The position numbers and the translations under genes were made by a program. A DNA stretch of 64,000 nt from an uncultured bacterium. Its GTDB lineage: Bacteria; Oederibacteriota; JAAXVQ01; JAUVAV01. This document shows, piece by piece, positions 20,328-30,400 of the stretch. The notes beneath the pieces were generated by a model, which saw only the letters and a list, made by a program, of their open reading frames with translations, was not told where the DNA came from and searched no databases. Each line of letters starts with the position of its first letter. The first letter of the stretch is position 1. The stretch spans positions 416,001-480,000 of the forward strand of contig CAVQBK010000003.1 in assembly GCA_963710755.1 (NCBI GenBank), written 5' to 3'.

Positions 20328-20978
20328 ATGGCTTTTTTAGATGATAAAACCAAGCTTCAGATTAAAGCAGAGTTTGAAAAATTAAAACATCCGGTGACGT
20401 TGCATGTATTCACCCAGGAGTTGGAATGCCAGTACTGCCGGGAAAACCGCGGTATTGCCGAGGAACTGGCCGACATTTTGCCGGAAAAGGTTAAGCTGGC
20501 AGTGCACAATTTCACCATCGACACAGAGGCTGTGGAACGCTATAAAATCGATAAAATCCCGGCCCTGGCCGTGGTGGGCGAGCAGGATTATGGTATCCGT
20601 TTTTATGGCGTGCCTGCAGGCTATGAGTTCACCTCACTGTTTTTAGCCATTCAGATGGTGGGCAATGGCCAGTCCGGGCTTTCCGCTTCCAGCGTGGCCA
20701 AAGTAGTGGCCTTGGACAAACCGGTGCATTTGAAAGTATTTGTAACCCTGACTTGTCCCTACTGTCCCAATGCCGTGCATCTGGCACAGCAAATGGCCAT
20801 GGCCACACCCATGATCACGGCCGAGATGATTGAATCGGCCGAGTTTCCGCATCTGGCCAACCGGGAGCAGGTCATGGGTGTCCCCAAGACCATCGTGGAG
20901 GGCCACGGCGCTTTTGAAGGGGCCATGCCGGAACCGCAATTTGTGGAGAAAGTGATGTCATTAATCAACGGAGCCTAA
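20328..20978 (+). CDS. Protein disulfide oxidoreductase (two thioredoxin folds; AhpF-NTD/PDO type)
   Basis: CQYC and CPYC motifs, GVPAGYEF, VMGVP. Confidence 0.9.
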   Translation: MAFLDDKTKLQIKAEFEKLKHPVTLHVFTQELECQYCRENRGIAEELADILPEKVKLAVHNFTIDTEAVERYKIDKIPALAVVGEQDYGIRFYGVPAGYEFTSLFLAIQMVGNGQSGLSASSVAKVVALDKPVHLKVFVTLTCPYCPNAVHLAQQMAMATPMITAEMIESAEFPHLANREQVMGVPKTIVEGHGAFEGAMPEPQFVEKVMSLINGA

Positions 20979-20979
20979 T

Positions 20980-22728
20980 ATGAATGACACCAGCAAAGCA
21001 GGCATGAGTTTAAGCGGTATTCCGGCCTCGCCGGGCATGGCGGTGGGGCGGGTATGTTTTTGGAGCGATCCGGAGGCCACCCCGCGCTATAAAATTTCGC
21101 CGGACATGATCGGTGATGAACTCAAGCGGCTTGATGAAGCCCTGGCCTTGTCGCGCAAACAATTGGAGCAGCTACAACAGCGGGTGGAAAAAGAGATCGG
21201 GCAGGACGAGGCGGCTATTTTTTCCTCCCATAATTTATTGCTCAACGATCCCACCATTTACAGCCGCATCGAGAAGCAGCTCATCAGCGAAGGCATCAAC
21301 CTGGAAGCTGCCGTGGAAGATGTGATCGAAGAGCTGGTCAAAGTCTTTCTGAAAATTCCCGATCCCTATATCCGGGAACGGGCTGATGACTACCGTGACA
21401 TCGGGCGGCGGCTGCTGGACAACCTGCTTTCCTACCAACGGCAATGCACCATGGCTGAAGGAGAACTGATCGTGCTGGTAGCCAGGGAGTTGATGCCATC
21501 GGATACTGTGCATTTTCATCGTCACCATGTGGGTGCCTTTGTGACCGAGCGGGGCGGAGTGTCCTCCCATGCGGCCATCTTGGCCCGGTCCCTGGGCCTG
21601 CCGGCGGTGGTGGGCATCTCAGGTGTGCTCAAACAGCTGCGCGCCGGGGAGCTGGTGGTGATCGACGGCACCAAAGGACGGATCATCAAGGATCCGTCTG
21701 AGTCCTTAATCACCATGGCCAAGCAGGAGCGTAAAAGCCGGATAGCGCTGACCAAGCAGGAACGGCCGGCTCAGATTACTAAAACCAAAGACAGCCATGA
21801 GATTATCATTTCCGCCAATCTAACCCGGGAGATCGAAGCCAATGAAGCCCGCCGGGTGGGGGCCATGGGCGTTGGATTGCTGCGCACGGAATTTTTGTTC
21901 ATGGATCATGACGAGTTTCTCGATGAGGAAGGCCAATACCTGGCCTACCGGCATGTGGTGGAAAAGATCGCCCCCCACACGGTCACGATCCGCACCCTCG
22001 ATCTGGGGGAAGACAAACATTTTGATTTTGAGAGTCCTATCGAAGACAACATGTCCGGCTGCGTGCTGGGATGGCGGTCCTTACGGCGCTCCCTGGCGGA
22101 CAGCAAGGTTTTTTTACACCAATTGCGGGCAATTCTGCGCGCAGCGGTGCATGGCCCGGTGCGGATTTTGCTGCCCATGATCAGTGGGGTGGAAGAGATC
22201 AGGGTGGTGCGCATGCTGCTGGCCAATGCCGCCCAGGAACTGGCCGAGGCCGGCGTGCCCTATAATGCCGATATCCTGGTGGGTGCCATGATTGAAACCC
22301 CAGCCGCAGCTGTGGTGCCCAGGTTGATTCTGCAGGAAGCGGATTTTTTATCGGTGGGGACCAATGATCTGGTGCAATACACCATGGTGGCCGACCGGGT
22401 TTCGGAAAAATTGCAGGTTTACTACCGCCCCACTGCGCCGGCTATTCTGGCGCTGCTCAAGGCTCTGCCCGAGGCCGGGCGGGAAGTGGATAAAGATGTG
22501 AGTATTTGCGGGGAAATTGCCGGAGATCCGCTTTACCTGCCCCTGCTGCTCGGCCTGGGGTTCAGGAATTTATCAGTGGCGCCGGTGCTGATTCCTGACT
22601 TGGCGGAGGCCGTGACCAAATTGGAAATGAAGGCTTGTGTGGAACTGGCACAGGCAGCCCTGAAAAAAAGCACAGCCGATGAAGTGGAGGCTTTGCTCAA
22701 AGCCAATATGGTGATCTTGAAACGCTGA
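20980..22728 (+). CDS. ptsI: Phosphoenolpyruvate-protein phosphotransferase (PTS enzyme I)
   Basis: GGVSSHAAILARSLG phospho-His motif, GVGLLRTEF, MIETPAA, SVGTNDLVQY, SICGE. Confidence 0.93.
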   Translation: MNDTSKAGMSLSGIPASPGMAVGRVCFWSDPEATPRYKISPDMIGDELKRLDEALALSRKQLEQLQQRVEKEIGQDEAAIFSSHNLLLNDPTIYSRIEKQLISEGINLEAAVEDVIEELVKVFLKIPDPYIRERADDYRDIGRRLLDNLLSYQRQCTMAEGELIVLVARELMPSDTVHFHRHHVGAFVTERGGVSSHAAILARSLGLPAVVGISGVLKQLRAGELVVIDGTKGRIIKDPSESLITMAKQERKSRIALTKQERPAQITKTKDSHEIIISANLTREIEANEARRVGAMGVGLLRTEFLFMDHDEFLDEEGQYLAYRHVVEKIAPHTVTIRTLDLGEDKHFDFESPIEDNMSGCVLGWRSLRRSLADSKVFLHQLRAILRAAVHGPVRILLPMISGVEEIRVVRMLLANAAQELAEAGVPYNADILVGAMIETPAAAVVPRLILQEADFLSVGTNDLVQYTMVADRVSEKLQVYYRPTAPAILALLKALPEAGREVDKDVSICGEIAGDPLYLPLLLGLGFRNLSVAPVLIPDLAEAVTKLEMKACVELAQAALKKSTADEVEALLKANMVILKR

Positions 22729-22747
22729 ACCGGGGCCGGAAAAAAGA

Positions 22748-22776
22748 TTGACATACATATAATAATATTCTAATAT
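22748..22776 (+). promoter_or_regulatory. Sigma70-type promoter overlapped by a putative ArsR operator
   Basis: TTGACA-N17-TAATAT; imperfect palindrome ATATAATAATATTCTAATAT (22757-22776). Confidence 0.7.
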
Positions 22777-22838
22777 TTTTGTAAGTCTATCCATCCCTGC
22801 TCTGGGGTTGAGAGCAAGCGAAAGGGAGAGCGCCCAAA

Positions 22839-23180
22839 GTGTCTATACAGGCGCGGCGGCCTAAAAAAATGATGAAAGAATTGACCTTATCCGATAAGAC
22901 CAGCCAGTTGGTGGCGGATATTTTACAGGCCATGGCTCATCCCATCCGGCTTAAGATTCTGGCTGGGTTATGCGAGTCGGAATGCAATGTCAACCGGCTG
23001 TGGCATAAGCTGAATATCAGTCAGCCATTGGCATCACAACATCTCAACCGTATGCGCCGGGCTGGCTTGATCCAGGGGGAACGCAAAGGCCAGGAAATTT
23101 GTTACCGCATTGTGGACAAAAAAGTTAAGCAAATCGTCAAGCAGTTATGTGACATGGTGGAGACCAGTCATCCCAGTTAA
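22839..23180 (+). CDS. ArsR/SmtB-family transcriptional regulator
   Basis: AMAHPIRLKIL, SQPLASQHL, ERKGQEICY. Confidence 0.92.
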   Translation: MSIQARRPKKMMKELTLSDKTSQLVADILQAMAHPIRLKILAGLCESECNVNRLWHKLNISQPLASQHLNRMRRAGLIQGERKGQEICYRIVDKKVKQIVKQLCDMVETSHPS

Positions 23181-23206
23181 AAATCGTTTTATTCCAGGAG
23201 GATGGA

Positions 23207-23524
23207 ATGCCAACTCAAATCAGTAATCAGAATTTTGAAAGTGAAGTTAAGCAATCGGACAAACCGGTCTTGGTTGATTTTTACGCGCCCTGGTGCGGTC
23301 CCTGTAAAATGGTGGCGCCCATATTGGAAGAGATTGCCAAGGAACGGGGCGATGTTAAGATCGTTAAGGTGGATGTGGATGAAGAACCTGAACTGGCGCG
23401 CATCCATAATGTGATGAGCGTGCCCACACTGGTGCTTTATCATAAGGGCCAGGTAGTCAGTAGCTGGGTGGGCCTGCGGCCCAAACAAGTCCTGATGCAG
23501 GAAATGGACAGCGCTTTAAAATAA
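23207..23524 (+). CDS. trxA: Thioredoxin
   Basis: DFYAPWCGPCK; AGGAGG RBS. Confidence 0.95.
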   Translation: MPTQISNQNFESEVKQSDKPVLVDFYAPWCGPCKMVAPILEEIAKERGDVKIVKVDVDEEPELARIHNVMSVPTLVLYHKGQVVSSWVGLRPKQVLMQEMDSALK

Positions 23525-23553
23525 GTAAAGGCAGGATAAACCACACTTTACCA

Positions 23554-24114
23554 ATGAAAGGACTAACTATGAATCCCATCAAAGTGGCCTTAACAACCCT
23601 GGCCGTGGTCTTTATGCTGACGGCCTGTCAACCTTCGCAACAACCTTCGCAACAAGCAGACCACAAGGGCGCGCCCAAAGCCGACATCCCCAGCCTGGCG
23701 GCCGGTCAGGGACAAGTACTGCCTGATTTTACGGTCAAGGATTTGGACGGACAGGAGCATAAGCTCTCCCAGTATCGCGGCAAGGTGATGATCCTCGATC
23801 TGTTTGCCACCTGGTGCCCGCCTTGCAAGATGGAAATTCCCCATTTTGTGGAATTGCAGACCGCCTATGCCAAGGATCTGGCGGTGGTGGGCCTGAGTTT
23901 TGATCAAACCGGCCCGGAGAAAGTGCGGGCTTTTGCCAAGGAAATGAATATTAATTATGATATCTATTGGGGTAATGAAGACGTGGCCCGCTATGTGAGC
24001 CTGCGCGGCATTCCCCATACATTGGTCATTGACCGCGAAGGGCATGTGGTCAAGAGTTTTGTAGGGTACCGGGACAAAGCGGTTTTTGAAGAAGCCATCA
24101 AGGCATTGTTTTAA
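23554..24114 (+). CDS. TlpA/ResA-family thiol-disulfide oxidoreductase, lipoprotein
   Basis: Lipobox LTAC; FATWCPPCK; GIP cis-Pro loop. Confidence 0.9.
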   Translation: MKGLTMNPIKVALTTLAVVFMLTACQPSQQPSQQADHKGAPKADIPSLAAGQGQVLPDFTVKDLDGQEHKLSQYRGKVMILDLFATWCPPCKMEIPHFVELQTAYAKDLAVVGLSFDQTGPEKVRAFAKEMNINYDIYWGNEDVARYVSLRGIPHTLVIDREGHVVKSFVGYRDKAVFEEAIKALF

Positions 24115-24125
24115 AGGCGGTGACC

Positions 24126-24557
24126 ATGGCTGGAGATCAATATTGCGTCATGCCGTCTTCTTCCAAAGAAGGCGCGGAGGCATTGAAAGACATCAAAGTG
24201 ATTGCTGTGGTGGGTTTGTCCCCCCGGGAAGAGCGGGCGTCCTACCGCGTGAGCAAGTATATGCAGGAGCACGGTTACCGCATTATTCCCGTGCGTCCCG
24301 GGGTGACGGAAATCCTGGGTGAGAAGGCTTATGCCAACTTGGTGGAAGCCGGACAGCATGAAGCCATTGACATGGTGAATATTTTCAGAAAACCGGAAGC
24401 TGTGCCGGAGATTGTAGATCAGGCCATTAGCCTCAAGGCCAAAGTGGTGTGGATGCAGGAGGGCATCGGCCATCCTGATGCTGCTGAAAAAGCGGAAGCT
24501 GCCGGGTTAAAAGTCGTACAGAATCTTTGCCTCATGAAAGTCCATCAGGCCCTCTAA
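24126..24557 (+). CDS. CoA-binding protein (YccU-like)
   Basis: IAVVGLS...RASY.V..Y, IDMVNIFR, VWMQEGI, NLC. Confidence 0.9.
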   Translation: MAGDQYCVMPSSSKEGAEALKDIKVIAVVGLSPREERASYRVSKYMQEHGYRIIPVRPGVTEILGEKAYANLVEAGQHEAIDMVNIFRKPEAVPEIVDQAISLKAKVVWMQEGIGHPDAAEKAEAAGLKVVQNLCLMKVHQAL

Positions 24558-24634
24558 CTCAATGGGTCCAACCACTTAATTATTTTGCAGGGGAGAAACA
24601 GCATTCGCCTTTTTTGGCCTTTCACCTCTCCTGA

Positions 24635-25552
24635 TTACAACCCAAACGCCTGGGTATCCACCCATTCCATGGTCAGCAGAGACCAAAAGTCCAAAGCAAA
24701 TTTTGACAAGACGTATTGAAAGGGCAGCCAGCCATAACCTTTGTCGCCCCATTCGACGCCCCAGGAATTGCGAAAGAGCAAAGCACCGGTTGTGGTTTCA
24801 TTGGTGGTGGTGTTTTTAATGACCTTCTTGTCATCATATCCCACGGCGACGATGGCATGGCCCCAGGCCGCTCTTTCCGTGGGTGCGGGAAAGGGAATGT
24901 CACCAGGCTCGCCGCCTTTGTCAAAAGACGGAAATCCCCAGAACCCAAACATGGAAGGAATACCGGCGCTTAAATATTTCTTAACCGAGAGCAGTACTTG
25001 CTCTGGTGCCGGCGGTTGCTGCTGGGGATCATGGCAAAAATAAGTCAGGGCCTGGTAGGATTTGCCCATGGCATAGACAAAAGCCGTGGGTTCCTTGTCA
25101 AAGTCAGGGATTTTATCCGTGTAGGGCCAATAGGTGGCCGGTGGAATGCCGAGCAGTACCAAAGCGCCCATGGTGTTGCGGGTCCAGGCACCGGTGTCGC
25201 CGGTCACACCCATGAGATTGCGGGTGGCCTTGTAGACAAAGAGACGGGAGCCGTCGATATACTTGCCATGAGCGCGGTTCTCAAAATACTCCACCATGCC
25301 CATGGCCGCATTGGCTGTACACGAGCCCAACTTGCCCTGTTGTTCCACCGGGGAACACCATGGCCTCAAATCCACGCTGGTGGGCAAGGCGCTGGCCGCA
25401 CCGGGTTCGGGCAGGTTAAGTTTCTTGGCCATGGCCTGTACCGCCGGGGTTTGTACGGAATAGTCGCGCAGATCAGGTACCGGCGGCAGCCAGCCCGTGC
25501 CCACGGGCTCAGGGAGATTGGTTAACTTGAGGGTGGAAGAAAAAGGGAACAT
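24635..25552 (-). CDS. C1A (papain-like) cysteine peptidase
   Basis: QGKLGSCTANA, GHAIVAVGYDD, RNSWG..WG..GY. Confidence 0.93.
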   Translation of the reverse strand: MFPFSSTLKLTNLPEPVGTGWLPPVPDLRDYSVQTPAVQAMAKKLNLPEPGAASALPTSVDLRPWCSPVEQQGKLGSCTANAAMGMVEYFENRAHGKYIDGSRLFVYKATRNLMGVTGDTGAWTRNTMGALVLLGIPPATYWPYTDKIPDFDKEPTAFVYAMGKSYQALTYFCHDPQQQPPAPEQVLLSVKKYLSAGIPSMFGFWGFPSFDKGGEPGDIPFPAPTERAAWGHAIVAVGYDDKKVIKNTTTNETTTGALLFRNSWGVEWGDKGYGWLPFQYVLSKFALDFWSLLTMEWVDTQAFGL

Positions 25553-25933
25553 AAGCGCACCTCCTGGAATAGGATGGCAGGATTAAAACTGCTGTCAGAT
25601 TAGCACCAGGGTATAGAGACGTCAATGAGGAAAAGGGAAGAAATGTCTTTGGGTTAATCCCTGTTGATGACCGGGAAGCATCTGTCTTCGTTAAAACGTC
25701 GGACCTTGCCAAAGCTATGTCGGAAATAATCTATGGACTTGGGGAGTCCAAGGAGGAAGACTACTTATAGCCGACAAGGTGGTTGGCACTGAACTTTACA
25801 ACTTATAAACTAACCCCAGCCCCCATTATAGCCCTTTAGATCCCTGAAAAGGGTTTAACATTTGTGAAAGGGTTGTGGGACCATGTGCCTAGCTTAACTT
25901 ATTGTTTTGGCAAAAACCATTAGGAGGGGTGAT

Positions 25934-26239
25934 ATGACGGTGCTTAATCGGATCATTATTTTCGGGAAAAAATTAGTTTGTCCAATTTGTGAGCATGATC
26001 TGTTTATGGAAAGAAGTTTTATGTTGAATACTCAAAGTGCAACCTTTTTTGGTTGGGATTGGGCCGATGCCACGGCAATTAATTATATCTGTAACCATTG
26101 TGGCCATGTGTTGTGGTTTGCTAAAAATATTGGACAGCACGAGGAAGTTAAAAAACCCTATAGTGAAGAACAAAAGAGAATGTTTCCAAACACAAAATGT
26201 CCTATATGCAGTAAGCCTAATAAAGAGTGTACCTGTTAG
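25934..26239 (+). CDS. Small zinc-ribbon protein with extra C-terminal Cys cluster
   Basis: CPIC...CNHC plus terminal CPIC....CTC; AGGAGG RBS before ATG 25934; AT-rich. Confidence 0.75.
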   Translation: MTVLNRIIIFGKKLVCPICEHDLFMERSFMLNTQSATFFGWDWADATAINYICNHCGHVLWFAKNIGQHEEVKKPYSEEQKRMFPNTKCPICSKPNKECTC

Positions 26240-26586
26240 GCAGGAACTATTGCAGCCTAGGGTGGCAATAAGGCTGAATGGGAAATAATAAAATATGTAC
26301 AGAGACGGTATTTAACTGACACCTGGCTTTAGCCGGAGCAGTTGTTAAGCTGCCTCTTGCTTGGATGTTTTTGCCGGGTTTATGATCTTTGAGTTTTATG
26401 GGACACCGCTGCTTATTTAACTATAGGTCAAGATAAAAATTAAATCGGTATAATTAAAGGGATGAATTAAAGGGGCGGAATAATCAGCGCTCCTATCCAT
26501 CGCCTACGGCGTTGATTCTTGACACTGCCGCGCACGCAATGCTACCATTGCCCAATATCCTTTACACGATTCGCCACCGAGGTCGC

Positions 26587-27456
26587 ATGGACAAGCTTAA
26601 GGCATTCCTGCAATTGATGAGACCCAAGCAATGGACCAAAAATTTTGTGGTTTTTGTGGGGTTGATTTTCAGCGGTAACTTTCTTAATCCGGCCATGGGT
26701 ATCACAGCTTTGCAGGCCTTCATTATCTTCTGTATCACCGCCGGGGCCATCTATGTTTTCAATGACCTCAAAGATATTGAAAGCGACCGGGCCCATCCGC
26801 AAAAGAAAAACCGTCCTCTGGCCGCCAAACGGCTCTCCCCAGGCGCCGCCTCTTTGGGCGGCAGCCTGCTGATGGTGATCGGTCTGATGTGGAGCTTTTT
26901 CCTCTCTCCGCTGTTTGCCCTGGTGGTGCTGGCCTATGTGCTGCTCAATACGGCCTATTCCCTGGGATTAAAGCATGTGGTGATTCTCGATGTGTTTGTC
27001 ATCACCACGGGGTTTGTGCTGCGGGCTATGGCCGGAGCCCTGGTAATCAAGGTGGCCATCTCCCCGTGGCTGATCGTGGTGACCATCTTATTATCACTGT
27101 TTCTGGGCTTTGCCAAGCGGCGTCACGAGCTGATCACCATGGGCGACGAAGCTGCCAACCATCGGCCTGCGCTGGACGACTATTCGCCGGCGTTGCTTGA
27201 TCAGTACATGGGCGTGGTGGCCTCGGCCACGATTATTGCCTATTCCCTCTATGCCTTTACCTCGTCCACAGCCAGCCGCAGTACTTATTTTATGCTTACC
27301 ATTCCCATGGTAATTTATGGGATTTTGCGCTATCTCTATCTGGTCTATCAAAAAAATCTCGGCGGGGCCCCGGAAGTCATCCTGCTTAGCGATAAGCCTT
27401 TGATGGCAGCCATAGTGCTCTGGGTAGCCACTGTCGGACTCTTACTCTATATATAG
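26587..27456 (+). CDS. UbiA-family polyprenyl-phosphate phosphoribosyltransferase (DPPR synthase-like)
   Basis: RPKQWTKN, NDLKD...DRAHPQKKNRPLA, KRRHEL, YGILRY. Confidence 0.9.
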   Translation: MDKLKAFLQLMRPKQWTKNFVVFVGLIFSGNFLNPAMGITALQAFIIFCITAGAIYVFNDLKDIESDRAHPQKKNRPLAAKRLSPGAASLGGSLLMVIGLMWSFFLSPLFALVVLAYVLLNTAYSLGLKHVVILDVFVITTGFVLRAMAGALVIKVAISPWLIVVTILLSLFLGFAKRRHELITMGDEAANHRPALDDYSPALLDQYMGVVASATIIAYSLYAFTSSTASRSTYFMLTIPMVIYGILRYLYLVYQKNLGGAPEVILLSDKPLMAAIVLWVATVGLLLYI

Positions 27457-27464
27457 GATGACCA

Positions 27465-30400
27465 ATGAGCCCTAAAAAGACAACTTCCAAAACTGGTTCT
27501 GCTTCCTCAAAAAAAACCAAGGCCGTTAAAAAAGCCGTCCGTGGCGGCGCCAAAAAAACGGTCCGGCCGGCTGCGGCCAAACCAAGCCGGCCACAACCCA
27601 AAAAAGCAGTGAAAAAAACAGCTGTCAAAAAAGCGGCGGCTAAAAAGGCCATAGCTAGAAAAACCACCGTAAAAAAAACCAGGGTCAGGATGGTAAGCCC
27701 GTCCCGTTTTCATCAAGCGCTTGGTTCCTGGTGGCAACGTCTGAAGGCGCAAATGGCAGGGCTTTATCAGCGCGAGCCGGAGACCATCTGGCTGGCCGGA
27801 CTGATGCTGGTGGCTGCGGGATTACGGTTTATTCAACCGGACTGGTATATGGCCCGGCAATTTCATCCCGACGAACGCTGGATCGTCGGCGTGGTCAGCC
27901 AGCTCTCCTACCCGCAGGAGCCGGCGGGCTTGCAGTACGGCACCTTTCCCATGTATTTGCTGGCCCTGATCAAAGACCTGGTGGCAACCGCAGCCGGATG
28001 GTTCGGCCATTTTGATGTCAACCGGTTCACCATCTGGGCGGGCCGCATGCTCAGCGCTTGTTTTGATTTGGGCACGATTGTGTTCACCTACCTCATCGGC
28101 CGGCGCCTGCGGCCAGGACAATTAGGGCGGCAGATCGGGCTGATGGCCGCGGCCTTGCTGACCTTCACGGTGCTCAATATTCAAATGGCCCATTTCTTTG
28201 TGGTCGATGTGCCCCTGGGCTTGTTGGCCACAGCCACCTTGTATTGGAGTATTCTCATTGCCCAGGAGGGCAGGCGGCGTGATTATGTGTTGGCAGGACT
28301 CATGATCGGCTTGGCGCTGGCCACCAAGACCAGTGCCTTTCCTTTAGTGGCCGCTGTGGGCATGGGCCATCTGCTGGGCCTCAATCAAAGTCCGGTGAGT
28401 GACCGCGTCCGGCGCTGGCAGGAATTGGGCCTGGCGGTGGGGGTTTCACTGGTGACCTTTTTCATAGCCATGCCCTATGCGTTTCTCGATTGGTCCAAGT
28501 TTTGGAGCAACCAGCAGGAACAGCAGCGTATCCTGGTCACGGGCAAGGCGGATGTGCCCTACAACCGCCAATACCTGCACACCACTGCTTATCTTTACTA
28601 CTTCCGCAATTTGATCCGCTACACCCAGGGCTGGAGTCTGGGGCTGCTGTCGGTTCTTGCCATTCTGCTGGTGCCCTTGGCGGGGATCATTCAAAGTGCC
28701 CGGTTACTGATGTCCAAACAAGTCAAAGCCTGGCGCCGCTGGCTTAATCGGGAAAGCGTGCTGCTGGTGCTCATGGCGTTTGCGATTCTGTATTTTGCCA
28801 TTGTGGGCCATGCCTTTGCCAAGTTCAATCGCTACATGTTGCCGCTCACGCCTATCTTCAGTCTGATCGTGGCCTGGGTTCTGATGCAGGCTTATCATGG
28901 ACTGCGCGTCCACTGGCAGCGCCGGCTGGGCCAGGTTGTATTAGTCATGGTGCTGGCCAACACTATCCTGTGGGCCTTGGCTTTTGTCTCCATATACCAG
29001 CAGGAACATCCCTGGATTGCCGCCAGCCGCTGGATTCAGACGCATGTACCGGAAAAAACCATGAAAAACGGCATTCCCTTTCCTACGGCTATTCTCAACG
29101 AAGAATGGGGCGACGATCTGCCCACCTATGTACCTGGTTTGGCCCATACCAGACATTATGCTATGAATAAATTCGCAGTGCAGGAACCGGATACCCCGGC
29201 CAAACGACAGGCCATTTTAGCCATGCTCCAGAAAAACGATCTGATCGTGATGGCCGATACGCGCGCCCATGCGGTTTATCGCCGGCTGCCGGAACGTTAT
29301 CCCATCAATGCCGCCTATTATCAATTAATGTTTGAAGGCCGTTTGGGGTTTCACCTGGCGGCTGAATTCACCGATTACCCCCGCCTCTTTGGCCATGAAT
29401 TTTCTGACGATGACAGTGATGAAAGTTTTACCCTCTATGATCATCCGCATGTCTATCTTTTTGCCCGCGACCGGACCACCTTGTCTGCCAGGGAACTGGC
29501 CAGCCGTCTGGATAAACGTATTGTCCTGATCAAGGCGCAAGGCCAACATCCCCGTGCACCGGTCAAGACCGTGCCCAAGCTCAAGCATTGGAACATGACC
29601 AAGAAAGAACCCATGCCCACCGTGATTAACAACAATATCGACCAACCGGAAGTACGGCCGGTCTTTCTACTGGGGCGGATCAATAGTTTTAAAGCCGGAT
29701 TAATGTGGGTATTGCTTATGGAGGTCATCGGCCTGTTAACTTTGCCTTTGTGCCTGAGCCTGTTCCCGCGACTGCCTGATGCAGGCGCAGCGTTGAGTAA
29801 AATCATCGGGTCGCTTATTCTGGGCTGGACCATTTGGATGCTGGTTTCTTTGGGCGTGATTCCACATGTGCAAGCCGCCAGTTTTCTGGTACTGGTGGTG
29901 CTGGGCGCCATCAGCCTGACCTGGGCCTGGAAACGAAAGCTGGAGATCGAAACTTTCTTTCGCGAGAAGGGCAGGCTGTGGCTGCTCATGGAACTAATAT
30001 TTCTGCTGGCCTTTGTGGGCTATATGGTGACCAAGCTGTACAATCCCGATATCAACAACCCAACGGGTCAGGGCTATAACGGCGGCGGCGAGCCTATGGG
30101 CATCAGCTTTTTTTCCGCAGTTTATCAAAGTCTCCATTTTCCACCGTATGATCCCTGGTTGTCAGGTTATCACATCAACTATTATTATTACGGCCAGCTG
30201 ATCCTGGGCATTCTGGCCAAGCTGGCGGGGGTCCCACCGGTCTGGTCTTATCAAATTGTCATTAGTCTGCTCTTTGCTTTGACCTTTACCGGCGTCTTTG
30301 GTCTGGGTCTGGCCCTGACCGGCAAAAAACGATGGGGCTTGTTCTCGGCCGTGGCTGCGGCCATGCTGGGCAACATGCATACCTATTTTTATATGCTGGA

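Noticed and set aside
25600-25626. TTAGCAC as a possible CIRCE element
   Set aside because: The right half-site GAGTGCTAA is absent, and none was seen upstream of htpG.
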